The notes beneath the pieces are model-generated. The model did no database searches, had not been told where the DNA came from, and saw only the letters and a list, made by a program, of their open reading frames with translations. Of a stretch of 64,000 nucleotides of DNA, positions 39,038 to 49,417 are shown in pieces (within the stretch, counting starts at the first letter, position 1; the number at the start of each line of letters is the position of its first letter). This stretch comes from an uncultured Armatimonadetes bacterium (lineage in GTDB: Bacteria > Armatimonadota > UBA5829 > DTJY01), in assembly GCA_963717145.1 (NCBI GenBank), contig OY970325.1:672001-736000 (forward strand), read 5' to 3'. Position numbers and translations under genes: made by a program.

Positions 39038-40244
39038 GTGAGGAAGGCGGTGTTTTTCGCTGATCAGATTCATCATCGGCATGCTGGTACTGATATCCAC
39101 GGAGGCAGCTATCATGGCAGATTCAACTACTGTGAAACCCGAGGGCAGGGCGATATGGGTCGTCCGCTGGGACGTCACCAACTGCGAGCAGATCAAGAAT
39201 GCGGTGGCTCTCGCGAAGAAGAACAACTTCAACACGCTCGTCGTTCAGGTTCGAGGTCGAGGGGACGCATTCTACAACTCGCACTTCGAACCGAGAGCCG
39301 AGGCCCTGACCGATCCGGACTTCGATCCGCTTCAGTGCTACATCGACGAGGGCCACAAGGCCGGGCTGAGGATCGAGGCTTGGATGAACACCCATTACAC
39401 CTGGGGGTCGGAGGAGCTTCCCAAGTCGCCGGACCACATCGTCAACAAGCATCCCGAGTGGCTGATGCACACCCGCGACAACGCAGTCACCCTGACCGCC
39501 GGCGGACAGTCCGAGGGAGCTTATACATGTCCGAGCAACCCCGAGGTCAAGGAGCACGTGCGCAACTGCTTCCTCGATGTCGCCAAGAACTACGACGTTG
39601 ACGGCATCCACTTCGATTTCGTCCGCTATCCGAGCGTGGACTACTGCTTCTGCGATGGATGCCTCAGCCGCTTCAAGGAGCGGATGGACAAGGTGACGGC
39701 CTCTGACAAGATCGAGACACTGGAGGCGATGAAGGACCGGCTGGCATATACGCAGGCGTTCCCACAGGAGTACGATCAGTTCCGCCGCGACCAGATATCC
39801 GACCTCGTGGGACAGATCTACCGTGGGGCGCACCTCATCAAGCCGGGGATCTCCGTCTCCGCATCGGTTTTCCCGAGCTACGATGACGCGTACAATCACC
39901 GATTCCAGGACTGGAAGTTCTGGCTGAGGCTCGGGATCGTCGATGAGCTGTTCCCGATGATCTATGCGCAGGACACGGAAACGTTCGTGAAGAACTGCGA
40001 GGATGCCGTGAAGTCGGCGAACGGTCGCCAGGTCTGGGCGGGAATCGGCTCATGGCGCATACCTGTGGAGAGCGCGATTGAGAAGATCGAGAAGGCCCGG
40101 GAACTCGGCGTCCAGGGCATATGCCTGTTCTCCTACGGCGCGGCGACCAAGGATGGTACGGACGATACATACCTCGCGGAGATCAAGAAGGCCGTATTCC
40201 AGGTGCCGGCCTCGATCCCCGAGATCACGTGGTTGAAGAAATGA
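39038..40244 (+). CDS. GHL10 (DUF187) glycoside hydrolase; likely 1-nt frameshift in the signal peptide
   Basis: RAIWV, QVRGRGDAFY, FDPL, YDVDGIHFDFVRYP; GTG 39038 follows TATAAT; ORF-track start is 39081. Confidence 0.88.
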
Positions 40245-41347
40245 CACTCGGAGTCGCAAAACCTGAGGAAGTCGGCCTGGACGCCGAGCGCCTGAAACGA
40301 GCCGAGCAGATAGTCATTGGCGGCGTCGAGAGGGATGAGTACACCGCCGGCGTCTACCTTGTCGCGCGACATGGAAGGATCGCCGCTCAGGGCCCATTCG
40401 GTCGTTTGGGCGAACCCGGCGCACCCGAGGCGAAGATCGACTCGATCTTCGACATGGCGTCGATGACGAAGCCGGTCTCGACCGCCACGTCGCTCATGAT
40501 GCTGGTCGAGCAGGGCAGGCTGCACCTCAATCAGCCGGTGACGGACTTCTTCCCCGACCGCAAGATGCCGCATCTCTCCGAGGTTACGATCAAGCAGCTT
40601 CTCACGCACACCTCCGGTCTCCCGGCATGGTGCGATCTCTTCTCGAAGGAGGGAACGCGCGAGTCGGCGATCGAGCAGCTCCTGCAGATCCCGTTGGAGA
40701 AGCCACCGGGCACGCACTACGCCTACAGTTGCATGGGGTACATCACGCTCGGCCTGGTGATCGAGGGGATCACAGGCATGCCGCTCGAGGTGTTCGCCGC
40801 CGAGAACGTCTTCAAGCCGCTGGGGATGGCAGAGTCGGGCTACAACCCATCGAAGGACTTGTGCGGGCGGATCGCGCCGACCTCGCACAGTCGCGGAAGG
40901 GATTACTGCCTCAAGGGGGAGGTCCATGACGAGAATGCCCATGCGATGGACGGGAACGCGGGCAACGCGGGGCTCTTCTCGACTGCGCCGGATATCGCGA
41001 TCTACGCGCAGATGATGCTCAACGGCGGGGAGTATGACGGTGTGCGCCTCCTGAGCCCGCTCAGTGTTCGACTGATGATCTCGAATCGGATCGATCCCTC
41101 GATCGGCGGTCACGGCCTGGGGTACTTCACTCGGCCGAACGAGATGACTCCTGCTGCCGACCTCTTCTCTGCACGTGCGGCGGGACACACGGGGTTCACT
41201 GGGACGTCGTTCCTGCTCGACCCGGAATACGACATCTTCGTGATCCTGCTGACGAACCGCGTCTACAAGAAGCGCGAAGCCCCGGATTTCCTCCGTCGCC
41301 GACGCCTCTTCCACAACGCCGTCGCAGCTTCGATAGTGGGGGAGTAG
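40241..41347 (+). CDS. Serine hydrolase, beta-lactamase class C-like
   Basis: FDMASMTK, LLTHTSGL, YS, GEVHDENA, GHTGFTG. Confidence 0.9.
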   Translation: MTLGVAKPEEVGLDAERLKRAEQIVIGGVERDEYTAGVYLVARHGRIAAQGPFGRLGEPGAPEAKIDSIFDMASMTKPVSTATSLMMLVEQGRLHLNQPVTDFFPDRKMPHLSEVTIKQLLTHTSGLPAWCDLFSKEGTRESAIEQLLQIPLEKPPGTHYAYSCMGYITLGLVIEGITGMPLEVFAAENVFKPLGMAESGYNPSKDLCGRIAPTSHSRGRDYCLKGEVHDENAHAMDGNAGNAGLFSTAPDIAIYAQMMLNGGEYDGVRLLSPLSVRLMISNRIDPSIGGHGLGYFTRPNEMTPAADLFSARAAGHTGFTGTSFLLDPEYDIFVILLTNRVYKKREAPDFLRRRRLFHNAVAASIVGE

Positions 41348-41445
<98 letters not shown>

Positions 41446-41447
41446 CC

Positions 41448-42548
41448 CTACATGATCTGCATCGGCATGACGACGTAGAGGTAGTCGTCCTTGCCGACCT
41501 GCTTGATGACGCCGGCGTTGAGGGGGCCGCTGAGCTCCATGGCGATCCCCTCGGTATCGACGACGCTCAGGTACTCCACGAGGTACTTCGCGTTGAAGGC
41601 GATCTCGATGTCCTCGCCCTCCTTCACGATGTCCAGCTCGTCGTATGCCTTGCCGACATCGCCGCTCTCGGCGGTGACGGTCATGCGGTCGCCCTCGGTG
41701 CGCAGGATGATGCGGTTCGCATTCTCCCTGGCGACGATTGATGCCCTGCGGACCGTCGAAAGCAGCGACTCGGCGGGCATCGTGAGCTTTTTTTCGGACG
41801 ACTGAGGGATGATGCGGTCGTAGTTCGGGAACTGGCCCTCGATCAACCTCGATACGACCGAGGTGCCGTTGATCTGGAACTTGATCTGGTTCTCCGCAAT
41901 CGAGATGTTCACGCCGGTGTCCTCGTCCTCGAGCATCCGGCCGACCTCGCCGAGCGCCCGGCCGGGTACGATCGCGGTGGCTTCGCCCGTGGCGTTTGCC
42001 ACCTCGGAATCGCGGAGTGCGAGCCGGTGTCCGTCGCTTCCGACGAGACGAACCCCATCGCCATTGAGGACCAGCAGTATGCCGGTCAATATCGCCCTCG
42101 ACTCGTCCGGTGAGACGCAGAAGATCGTCTGCTTGATCATGTCCTTGAGGACCGATTGCGAGATCTCGAAGCTGTGTTCGTCCGGCACGTCGGGAAGGGC
42201 GGGGAACTCCTCCGGCGGGAGGCCGAGGATCGTGTAGTCGGACTTCTCGCATTTGACGTTCACGGCGTTCTGCTCGTTGACAGACAGGATCACGTCCGAC
42301 TCGGGCAGCGTCGCCAGGAACTCGCCGAGCACCCTGGCGGGCACAGTGAGAGCACCCTCCTCGTCGATGGTGGCGGGGATACTGCATTCGATCCCCATCT
42401 CCAGGTCGAACGACATCAACCGCAGATGGTCATCCTCGGTCTTGATGAGGACGTTGTTCAGAATCGGCAGTGCACTCCGTCCGGCGACTGCCCTGCTGAC
42501 AGTCTGGACGCCCTCGTGCAGGTCCTTCCTCGAGCATATGGCTTTCAT
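41448..42548 (-). CDS. dnaN: DNA polymerase III beta clamp
   Basis: LPILNNVLI, SDGHRLA, SRLIEGQFPNY, IAFNAKYL, VVMPM. Confidence 0.97.
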   Translation of the reverse strand: MKAICSRKDLHEGVQTVSRAVAGRSALPILNNVLIKTEDDHLRLMSFDLEMGIECSIPATIDEEGALTVPARVLGEFLATLPESDVILSVNEQNAVNVKCEKSDYTILGLPPEEFPALPDVPDEHSFEISQSVLKDMIKQTIFCVSPDESRAILTGILLVLNGDGVRLVGSDGHRLALRDSEVANATGEATAIVPGRALGEVGRMLEDEDTGVNISIAENQIKFQINGTSVVSRLIEGQFPNYDRIIPQSSEKKLTMPAESLLSTVRRASIVARENANRIILRTEGDRMTVTAESGDVGKAYDELDIVKEGEDIEIAFNAKYLVEYLSVVDTEGIAMELSGPLNAGVIKQVGKDDYLYVVMPMQIM

Positions 42549-42675
42549 GCAGCGACCCTCCCTGAGCATTTCGGAATGTGTTGGTGAACGACTCGTAATA
42601 CATGCGCCTGCCTGGTCCCAGGCGTGGCCGAGACAGTATAGCACAGGGAGGGAAGTGCAATCAATATTTGAATGA

Positions 42676-42704
42676 TTGCCAGCAGCATGCTTCAGCGCTA
42701 TAAT
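42676..42704 (+). promoter_or_regulatory. Sigma70-type leaderless promoter
   Basis: TTGCCA-17-TATAAT-7-ATG. Confidence 0.7.
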
Positions 42705-42711
42705 CTACCAC

Positions 42712-43350
42712 ATGGAGAGTCTGGTCCTCACGGTTGACCCCGCTGTTCCTGATCCTGAGGTCATTCAAACGGCGGTGGAGGCGATTCGGCGGGGCGAACT
42801 GGTCTCGTTCCCGACGGAGACAGTCTATGGTCTCGCGGCCGATGCGTTCAACGATGATGCCGTCGCACGCGTCTACGAGGTAAAAGGCCGGCCTGCGAAC
42901 AACCCGCTGCCAGTGCAGGTGGCTTCTGCGGACGACATCAGACAAGTGGCGATCGATATCCCGGATGTGGCATGGGAGCTGATCCGCCGGTTCATGCCCG
43001 GCCCGCTCACCATCGTCTTGCGCGCATCGCCCGGTCTGCCCGACATGGTGACTGCAGGGACTGGGACCGTTGGCGTCCGAATCCCCGATCACCCCGTCGC
43101 GCTCGCGTTGATCCGGGCAGCCGGAACCGCTATCGTCGCCCCGAGCGCGAATCCATCCGGCGAACCGCCTCCCCCAAGCGCCGAGGAGGTACTCGCGTAT
43201 CTCGATGGCCGGATCGAGTACATCCTCGACGCCGGCCCGACACTGCTCAAGATCGCTTCGACGGTCGTCGATCTGACCTGCACGCCTCCGCGAATCCTCC
43301 GGCACGGCGCAATCAGCGAAGAAGACCTCGCTCCGTTCCTCAAGCGCTGA
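42712..43350 (+). CDS. tsaC: L-threonylcarbamoyladenylate synthase (YrdC domain only)
   Basis: FPTETVYGL, KGRP..NPL, PGPLT, APSAN.SG. Confidence 0.95.
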   Translation: MESLVLTVDPAVPDPEVIQTAVEAIRRGELVSFPTETVYGLAADAFNDDAVARVYEVKGRPANNPLPVQVASADDIRQVAIDIPDVAWELIRRFMPGPLTIVLRASPGLPDMVTAGTGTVGVRIPDHPVALALIRAAGTAIVAPSANPSGEPPPPSAEEVLAYLDGRIEYILDAGPTLLKIASTVVDLTCTPPRILRHGAISEEDLAPFLKR

Positions 43351-43440
43351 TCGACCTACCGCCTGTGTTTAGCGATTTATCGCTTCGGGAATGCACAGAT
43401 GATGGAGTCCGGCTCCATACTCCCAAACACGGAGAGGATC

Positions 43441-44589
43441 ATGCCCGATCCACGATTGCCGATCACCAGCGACGAAGGCTTCTACGAAATGCGCTTCGAG
43501 TCTATCGGTGGACTCGGAAGCAACCTCGCGAGCCAGATGCTCGCCGAGGGTCTCGTGCTCAATATGGGCTTCAACGGCGCGAACTTCTCCTCTTACGGCT
43601 CTGAGAAGAAGGGATCGCCGGTCACCTCGTTCATTCGCATCTGCGAGTGCGACAGGGACGTCCGGAGCAGCAGCCCGGTCGAGCGCCCCCACCTGCTCGC
43701 CATCTTCCATGAGCAACTGATCAGCATTCGGGGGATGACCGAGGGTCTGTACCCGGAGAGTGCGGTCGTGGTGAACACGTCGAGCGATCCGGCGACCATG
43801 CGAGAGATCATCGAACTGCCAAGCGGGTCGGTCGTGACCCTCGACGCCATGAAGATCGCGATCGAGGAGAAGTCGAGAATCAACACTGCGATGCTCGGTG
43901 CGATCGTTCGGGCGTCCGGCTTCATCGACCGGGACGCGATTCGGAAGGTCATCTCGGACACGTTCTCCACGAAGTATCCCGCGCTCGTCGAACCGAACCT
44001 GCGGACGTTCGACCGGGGTTTCGATGAGTCGCAGGTCCAGAGCTTCGAGCCGGATGGTCGATACGAGTTCAAGCCGTATCAGCGGCTGATCCCGAAGCTC
44101 GGGTATCGGAACCAACCGATGGGCGGCACGATCACGAACCCCGGGAACACCGTCCTGAAGGACCTCAGCTCGGCGCGGCATGGATACTACCCGCTGTATC
44201 ACCGCGATCGGTGCATCGACTGCGGGCTCTGCGACATGACCTGCCCGGACTACGTGTTCGTGTGGGAGATGGGCGTCGACAAGCAGGGGAAGCCCGCTCC
44301 CGTCCTGCGCGGTCCGAACCTCCAGTACTGCAAGGGCTGCCTCAGGTGTGTCGAGATATGCCCTGTCGATGCGCTGACGAAGGAAGAGGAGACGGGCCTT
44401 CATACCCAGCCGTCGGACGTGCAGCTTATCGGCCCGATCGAGGCTATCGCGGACATGAGCCAGGCGGATGTCGAGCCGGCCGGGCGCTCCTTCGATGAGG
44501 AGAAGGCGGCGGAGTACGTGACCGCGGGCGATGATACTCATACCTGCGAGGTCGATGCCGGCGAAATCAGGACTAGGAGCGATAGATGA
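43441..44589 (+). CDS. 2-oxoacid:ferredoxin oxidoreductase, gamma+delta fusion
   Basis: RFESIGGLG, YGSEKKGSP, CIDCGLCDMTCP, YCKGCLRCVEICP. Confidence 0.92.
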   Translation: MPDPRLPITSDEGFYEMRFESIGGLGSNLASQMLAEGLVLNMGFNGANFSSYGSEKKGSPVTSFIRICECDRDVRSSSPVERPHLLAIFHEQLISIRGMTEGLYPESAVVVNTSSDPATMREIIELPSGSVVTLDAMKIAIEEKSRINTAMLGAIVRASGFIDRDAIRKVISDTFSTKYPALVEPNLRTFDRGFDESQVQSFEPDGRYEFKPYQRLIPKLGYRNQPMGGTITNPGNTVLKDLSSARHGYYPLYHRDRCIDCGLCDMTCPDYVFVWEMGVDKQGKPAPVLRGPNLQYCKGCLRCVEICPVDALTKEEETGLHTQPSDVQLIGPIEAIADMSQADVEPAGRSFDEEKAAEYVTAGDDTHTCEVDAGEIRTRSDR

Positions 44590-46955
44590 CACAGACAACT
44601 GCCAAGCCGTCACAAGAAGCAAAGCAGATAACCGATTTCCGGAAGGGCAACGAGATGGCGGCCATCGCCGGGAAGCACATCAACTTCCATGTTATGGGCT
44701 ACTACCCGATCACGCCCTCGACCGAGATCGCCGAGGAACTCGACGAGATGTACGCCGAGGGCCTGCACGACATTCGGATGATCCCCGCTGACGGGGAACA
44801 TGGCGCCGCCGGGATATGCTACGGCGCCTCGCTCGGCGGAGGGCGAGTGCTGAACGCTACGAGCGCGAACGGCCTCTTGTACTCGATCGAGCAGCTTCCG
44901 GTGCAGTCCGGCACGCGCTTTCCGATGGTGCTGAACGTCGTTACCCGCTCAGTGAGCGGCCCGCTCGACATCAGGGGCGACCATTCGGACATCATGATGG
45001 CGCTGAACTGCGGCTGGATCATCCTGATGGCGCGGGATCCCCAGGCTGTGTACGATATGAACATCGTGGCGGTCAAGATCGGCGAGCACCCCGATGTCCG
45101 GCTACCGGTCATCGTCGCCAGCGACGGGTTCTTCACGAGCCACCAGAAACGGCGTGTGAAGTACTTCGAGGAGTGCAAGGTTGTACAAGAATTCCTCGGC
45201 ACATTGTACATACATATAACTCCGCTCGATCCTGAGTACCCCGTCACAATCGGGCCGTACATGAACGATCCCGACATGATCAACAACAAGTATCAGCTCC
45301 ACCTTGCGATGGAGGCGGCCGCGGGAGTGATCCCCCAGGTCTTCGAGGAGTATGGCAGGCTAAGCGGCAGGCGCTATCCCGCTGTCGATGCTTACAGGAT
45401 GGAGGACGCCGAGGCGGCCCTCTTCCTTGTGAACTCCGCGGCTGACACGGCGAAGGATGCCGCCGACCGCCTGAGGTCCGAGGGGCACAAAGTCGGCGTG
45501 GTCAGCCCGAATGTGATCCGCCCATTCCCGGCGGAGGAGATACGGTCGGCCTGCAGGAATGTGAAGGCCCTCCTGATCGCCGACCGAGCGGACTCTTACG
45601 GCGCATCGGGCGGCAACATGTCGCTCGAGGTCCGGGCGGCCTTGAAGCAGGACCCGGCGAACCGGACTCTCTGCGCGTCACGGATCTATGGGCTCGGCGG
45701 TAAGGACTTCTACGTTGAGGACGCCGAGGAGATGCTCCATACGGCGCTCAAGGTGGCTAAGGAGGGCAAGGTCGAGATGCCGTTCGACTACTTCGGCGTG
45801 AACCCCGGCGATCCCGACGTGAAACTGGAGTACGAGCAGCCGCCGATCAGCCTGGAGGAGTCCTCCCCCGGGATCAATAGCGTGCACGCGGAGAGCGCCC
45901 GGCCCTCACCCCCGACCCCTCTCCCAGAGGGCGAGGGGAGTCCCCCCTCGCCCTCTGGGAGAGGGGTCGGGGGTGAGGGCCGGGCGCTCTCCGGCAAGGC
46001 GACCGTCGGCACGACGCGTCAGTTGGCAATGATGCCCCAGCGGATCGCTCCCGGTCACGGCGCGTGCCCTGGATGTGGGATCTTCCCGAGCGTCGATCAG
46101 TTCCTCAAGGGGATCGAAGGTCACGTAGTACTGCTCTTCCACACCGGCTGTGGGATGGTGGTCACCACGGGCTACCCGTTCAGCTCGCATCGAGTCACCT
46201 ACATCCACAACCTGTTTCAGAACGGCGCCGCGACTCTCTCCGGCCTGGTCGAAGTGTTTCGTGAGATGAAGCGGCGCGGTGACCTTCCGAAGGACCGCGA
46301 CATCACGTTTGTCATGGTGACGGGCGATGGAGGCATGGACATCGGCCTCGGACCGACGGTCGGCGCGGCATTGAGGGGTCATCCCATGATCGTCCTCGAG
46401 TACAACAACGAGGGCTACATGAACACCGGCAACCAGCTCAGCTACTCGACTCCGCTCGGCCATGCCACTTCCACGAGTCACGTCGGCCCGAAGCAGACCG
46501 GCAAGTGGTTCCACGAGAAGGACATGGCGCAGATCATGGCGGCCTCCGGTGCGCCTTATGTGTTCACGAGCGTCGAGGGCCTGGCGACGGACCTCGTGAA
46601 GAAGGGCGCGAAATCCCAGTGGCATACGAAGCAGGGACACTTCGTCTACGGACGCGTGCTGAGTGTCTGCACCTTGAGCTGGCGCAGCGACGAGAATCTC
46701 GGGACGAAGGTCGTAAAAGCGGCGGTCGACTCCTGCGCATGGCCGGCGTTCGAGATCGAGAACGGCATCACGACTATCAACTACGATCCGGAGGAGAAGG
46801 GCAAGCGCATCCCGCTCGGCGACTGGCTCGGCATGATGGGCAAGACGAAGCACCTGCTCAAGCCGGAGAACGCCGAGGTGCTGGCGGAGTTGGAGCGCGA
46901 GACCGAGCGCCGCTGGCGTCGTCTGAAGGCGATGCACGAGCATCCCCTCTTGTAG
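44586..46955 (+). CDS. 2-oxoacid (pyruvate):ferredoxin oxidoreductase, alpha+beta fusion; in-frame palindrome in the linker
   Basis: YPITPSTE, DGFFTSH, YGLGG; GHGACPGCG, GDGG, NNEGYMNTG. Confidence 0.93.
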   Translation: MTQTTAKPSQEAKQITDFRKGNEMAAIAGKHINFHVMGYYPITPSTEIAEELDEMYAEGLHDIRMIPADGEHGAAGICYGASLGGGRVLNATSANGLLYSIEQLPVQSGTRFPMVLNVVTRSVSGPLDIRGDHSDIMMALNCGWIILMARDPQAVYDMNIVAVKIGEHPDVRLPVIVASDGFFTSHQKRRVKYFEECKVVQEFLGTLYIHITPLDPEYPVTIGPYMNDPDMINNKYQLHLAMEAAAGVIPQVFEEYGRLSGRRYPAVDAYRMEDAEAALFLVNSAADTAKDAADRLRSEGHKVGVVSPNVIRPFPAEEIRSACRNVKALLIADRADSYGASGGNMSLEVRAALKQDPANRTLCASRIYGLGGKDFYVEDAEEMLHTALKVAKEGKVEMPFDYFGVNPGDPDVKLEYEQPPISLEESSPGINSVHAESARPSPPTPLPEGEGSPPSPSGRGVGGEGRALSGKATVGTTRQLAMMPQRIAPGHGACPGCGIFPSVDQFLKGIEGHVVLLFHTGCGMVVTTGYPFSSHRVTYIHNLFQNGAATLSGLVEVFREMKRRGDLPKDRDITFVMVTGDGGMDIGLGPTVGAALRGHPMIVLEYNNEGYMNTGNQLSYSTPLGHATSTSHVGPKQTGKWFHEKDMAQIMAASGAPYVFTSVEGLATDLVKKGAKSQWHTKQGHFVYGRVLSVCTLSWRSDENLGTKVVKAAVDSCAWPAFEIENGITTINYDPEEKGKRIPLGDWLGMMGKTKHLLKPENAEVLAELERETERRWRRLKAMHEHPLL
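45889..45993. repeat. Perfect 50-bp-arm palindrome (105 bp, 35 codons) inside the PFOR gene
   Basis: Core CCCTCACCCCCGACCCCTCTCCC...AGGGCGAGGGG shared with 10368-10467. Confidence 0.95.
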
Positions 46956-46982
46956 GGGCAGTAGGGGCCATCCTTCTCCACT

Positions 46983-47097
46983 ACCGTCAGTCCTGAGTGC
47001 GCCGATGAATGACGGCGTGTATCGAAGGACGGCTCAGTGCCGCAAGGCCGTCCTTCGATACACGCCGTCATTCATCGGCGCACTCAGGACTGACGGT
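46983..47097. repeat. Perfect 51-bp-arm palindrome (GTCAnnCTGAG...CGAAG family)
   Basis: Arms 46983-47033 and 47047-47097. Confidence 0.92.
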
Positions 47098-47121
47098 GGG
47101 TCGGCAGTGAGGGGATAGCAC

Positions 47122-48159
47122 TCAGGAGCGGAGGGCGAAGAACATGCCCTCCAGCGCGAGTTGGGCGGTGATGTTGCCCTCCAGGTAGCGCCGGGTCGCC
47201 ATGATCGAGTTGATCCCCGATCGGAGGCGGCCTGTCGAATACGCGCCCGCATGAGCACGCAGCGACTCCTCGAAATCGACGTTGGTGAGCACTGCCCGGC
47301 CGCCGAGCACCTTGATCTGGAGCAGATCGGCATACCACGATTGGATGTAGTCTAGCAACACCTGGAGACGGCGCACGGTCGTCTGACCTTCCCCTTCCTC
47401 ACTCTTGCTTGGTTTGGCGATCTTGCGGAGGGTCTCCGCCGCCTTCAGAGCCGCGATCGCGGGCGAGTCTGCCCACCACTGGAGTACCTCCAATGCCGCG
47501 CGACGGTCCTCGAGCATATCCGGGTCGGACGCCATGCTGATCGCGCGACCGATTGCGCCCTCCGACGACGAGGCGACGATCCGTGCCTGATCATCCGAGA
47601 GGTCGAACCTCGAGCGCAGGACTTCCTCGACCTCGGTTGTGGCGCTAGCACGGAACCGAACCAGCCGGCATCGAGAACGGATCGTTGGCAGCAGGGACGA
47701 GGGATTGCGTGAGAGCAGGATCATCACCGCATAGTCGGGCGGCTCCTCGAGCACCTTGAGGATGCTGTTCTCGGCAGCGGCGTTGAGCGTGTCCGCCTGC
47801 TCGATGATGCACGCGCGCCGCTTACCGTGTACCGGCGCGTAGACCAGGTTCGCGATCATGTCGCCCATCTGCTTGATGAGCGTCTGGTTCTTCTCCGGCT
47901 GGATGAGCTGCACATCGAGGTCCGTGCCGGCTTCGATGCGTATGCATGACAGACAGTTGCCGCAGGAGTCGCCCTCCGGAGTGGGATCATCGCAGTTCAA
48001 GGCAGCGGCAAAGGCCAGCGCGGTGGATGTCTTGCCGACGCTTTTCGGCCCGGCAAACAGGTATGCGTGCGCGAGCCCCGTCGAGCCGGACTGCTTGTGA
48101 AGCGAGGACTGCAGGGCACGGACTGCCACGTCCTGCCCGTGAATGTCGGAAAACTTCAT
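47122..48159 (-). CDS. holB: DNA polymerase III delta' subunit
   Basis: HAYLFAGPKSVGK, CGNCLSC, LKVLEEPP, LLPTIRSRC. Confidence 0.95.
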   Translation of the reverse strand: MKFSDIHGQDVAVRALQSSLHKQSGSTGLAHAYLFAGPKSVGKTSTALAFAAALNCDDPTPEGDSCGNCLSCIRIEAGTDLDVQLIQPEKNQTLIKQMGDMIANLVYAPVHGKRRACIIEQADTLNAAAENSILKVLEEPPDYAVMILLSRNPSSLLPTIRSRCRLVRFRASATTEVEEVLRSRFDLSDDQARIVASSSEGAIGRAISMASDPDMLEDRRAALEVLQWWADSPAIAALKAAETLRKIAKPSKSEEGEGQTTVRRLQVLLDYIQSWYADLLQIKVLGGRAVLTNVDFEESLRAHAGAYSTGRLRSGINSIMATRRYLEGNITAQLALEGMFFALRS

Positions 48160-48161
48160 GC

Positions 48162-48491
48162 CTAGAACCGCTCGAACCTCTCCACGTCAACGACGAAGAT
48201 GACCGCGCCACCGACCAGGACCTTGACCGGGCTGGGCATGAACACGCCGATCGGCCCGGCATCGGGCGGGACGAAATTGGCGTACTGCTCTCTGGTCTTG
48301 CAGCTATCCTTGATGACGTTGATCAGCTCATCGAGTCGCTTGGCCTCGACACCGATCAGGAACGTGACGTTTCCGTCCCTCAGAAAGCCGCCGGTACTGG
48401 CGAGTTTGGTGAACTTGAAGTTGTTCCGAAGCAGCGTTTCCGCGATCCTGTTCTTGTCGCGATCGTGGATGATGGTCATGACCAGTTTCAT
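48162..48491 (-). CDS. darA: Cyclic-di-AMP receptor, PII-like (DarA/PstA/YaaQ)
   Basis: TKLASTGGFLRDGN.T.LIG, VGGAVIFV; lies between tmk and holB. Confidence 0.93.
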   Translation of the reverse strand: MKLVMTIIHDRDKNRIAETLLRNNFKFTKLASTGGFLRDGNVTFLIGVEAKRLDELINVIKDSCKTREQYANFVPPDAGPIGVFMPSPVKVLVGGAVIFVVDVERFERF

Positions 48492-48514
48492 GCGTTACCC
48501 CCGGATTCTGTAGC

Positions 48515-48667
48515 TGCCCGTAGGGGAGGCCTTCAACGGCCTCCCGTGACGCGGGCGTTGCCCGTAGGGGAGGCCTTCAACGGCCTCCCGTGACGCGGGC
48601 GCTGCCCGTAGGGGAGGCCTTCAACGGCCTCCCGTGATGCGGGCGGGAATAGAGGCACCGCCCCTAC
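48515..48667. repeat. Three tandem 44-bp GTAG-REP units plus one inverted unit (BIME-like)
   Basis: TGCCCGTAGGGGAGGCCTTCAACGGCCTCCCGTGA at 48515, 48559 and 48603; CGCCCCTAC at the end. Confidence 0.9.
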
Positions 48668-49278
48668 GGAGATAGCCTCTTCTCGACGATGCTCAATATG
48701 CGTCGGTGGATCGATTCGATATCCTCGGATGCGTCGAGGACGACGATCCGCTCCGGATGAAGTCGGGCCTCCTCCAGGAAGCCCTGTCGGACCCGCTCAT
48801 GATATTCTACGGCCTTGCGCTCCATCCTGTTCCAATCCTTCTGGCGCGTCAGGCCCGTCTCGATGTCGATGTCAAGCAGGAAAGTAACGTCCGGCTCGAT
48901 GCCGCCGGTCGCGAATGAGTTAAGGCGGTGAATCAGATCGAGATCGAGCCCGCTCCCGTATCCCTGATAGGCGACCGTCGAGTCTGCGAACCGGTCGCTG
49001 ATGACCGTGAACCCGTCGGCCAGGTGCGGGCGAATGATGAACTCGGCGTGCTGAGCGCGGGCCGCCTCGTAGAGCAGAACCTCGGTTCGGTCCGCGACCG
49101 AGTGATCGGCGCTGTCCAGGAGTATCTTGCGAATCTCCTCGCCGACCGGATCACCGCCCGGCTCTCTTGTGAGCTTGACCGTGATCCCTCGCTGAACGAG
49201 TGCGTCGGCGAGCAGTTGGGCCTGGGTCGATTTCCCGCATCCCTCCGGCCCCTCGAATGTGATGAAACACGATGGCAA
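48664..49278 (-). CDS. tmk: Thymidylate kinase
   Basis: FITFEGPEGCGKSTQ, TREPGG, DRF.DST.AYQG. Confidence 0.97.
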   Translation of the reverse strand: MPSCFITFEGPEGCGKSTQAQLLADALVQRGITVKLTREPGGDPVGEEIRKILLDSADHSVADRTEVLLYEAARAQHAEFIIRPHLADGFTVISDRFADSTVAYQGYGSGLDLDLIHRLNSFATGGIEPDVTFLLDIDIETGLTRQKDWNRMERKAVEYHERVRQGFLEEARLHPERIVVLDASEDIESIHRRILSIVEKRLSP

Positions 49279-49285
49279 GACGACG

Positions 49286-49404
49286 AAACCCCCTCGATAT
49301 CTGCGCCCCTCCTTACGAAGGAGGGGCCGGCCAGCAGGCCGGGGGAGGTTCGCATGCGGAAACCCCCTCGGCCCAGAGGCCGGTCCCCCTTCGTAAGGGG
49401 GACA
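49286..49404. repeat. CCCCCTTCGTAAGGGGG-family palindromic element
   Basis: Inverted pair CCCCTCCTTACGAAGGAGGGG / CCCCCTTCGTAAGGGGG; matches 37513-37600. Confidence 0.85.
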
Positions 49405-49417
49405 CTCTCGCTGCGGT

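Noticed and set aside
42550-42711. Replication origin near dnaN
   Set aside because: No TTATCCACA boxes or AT-rich unwinding element; explained by divergent promoters
48515-48667. Possible CRISPR array
   Set aside because: Units are contiguous 44-bp near-identical copies with no unique spacers and no cas genes; the GTAG hairpin fits a REP/BIME
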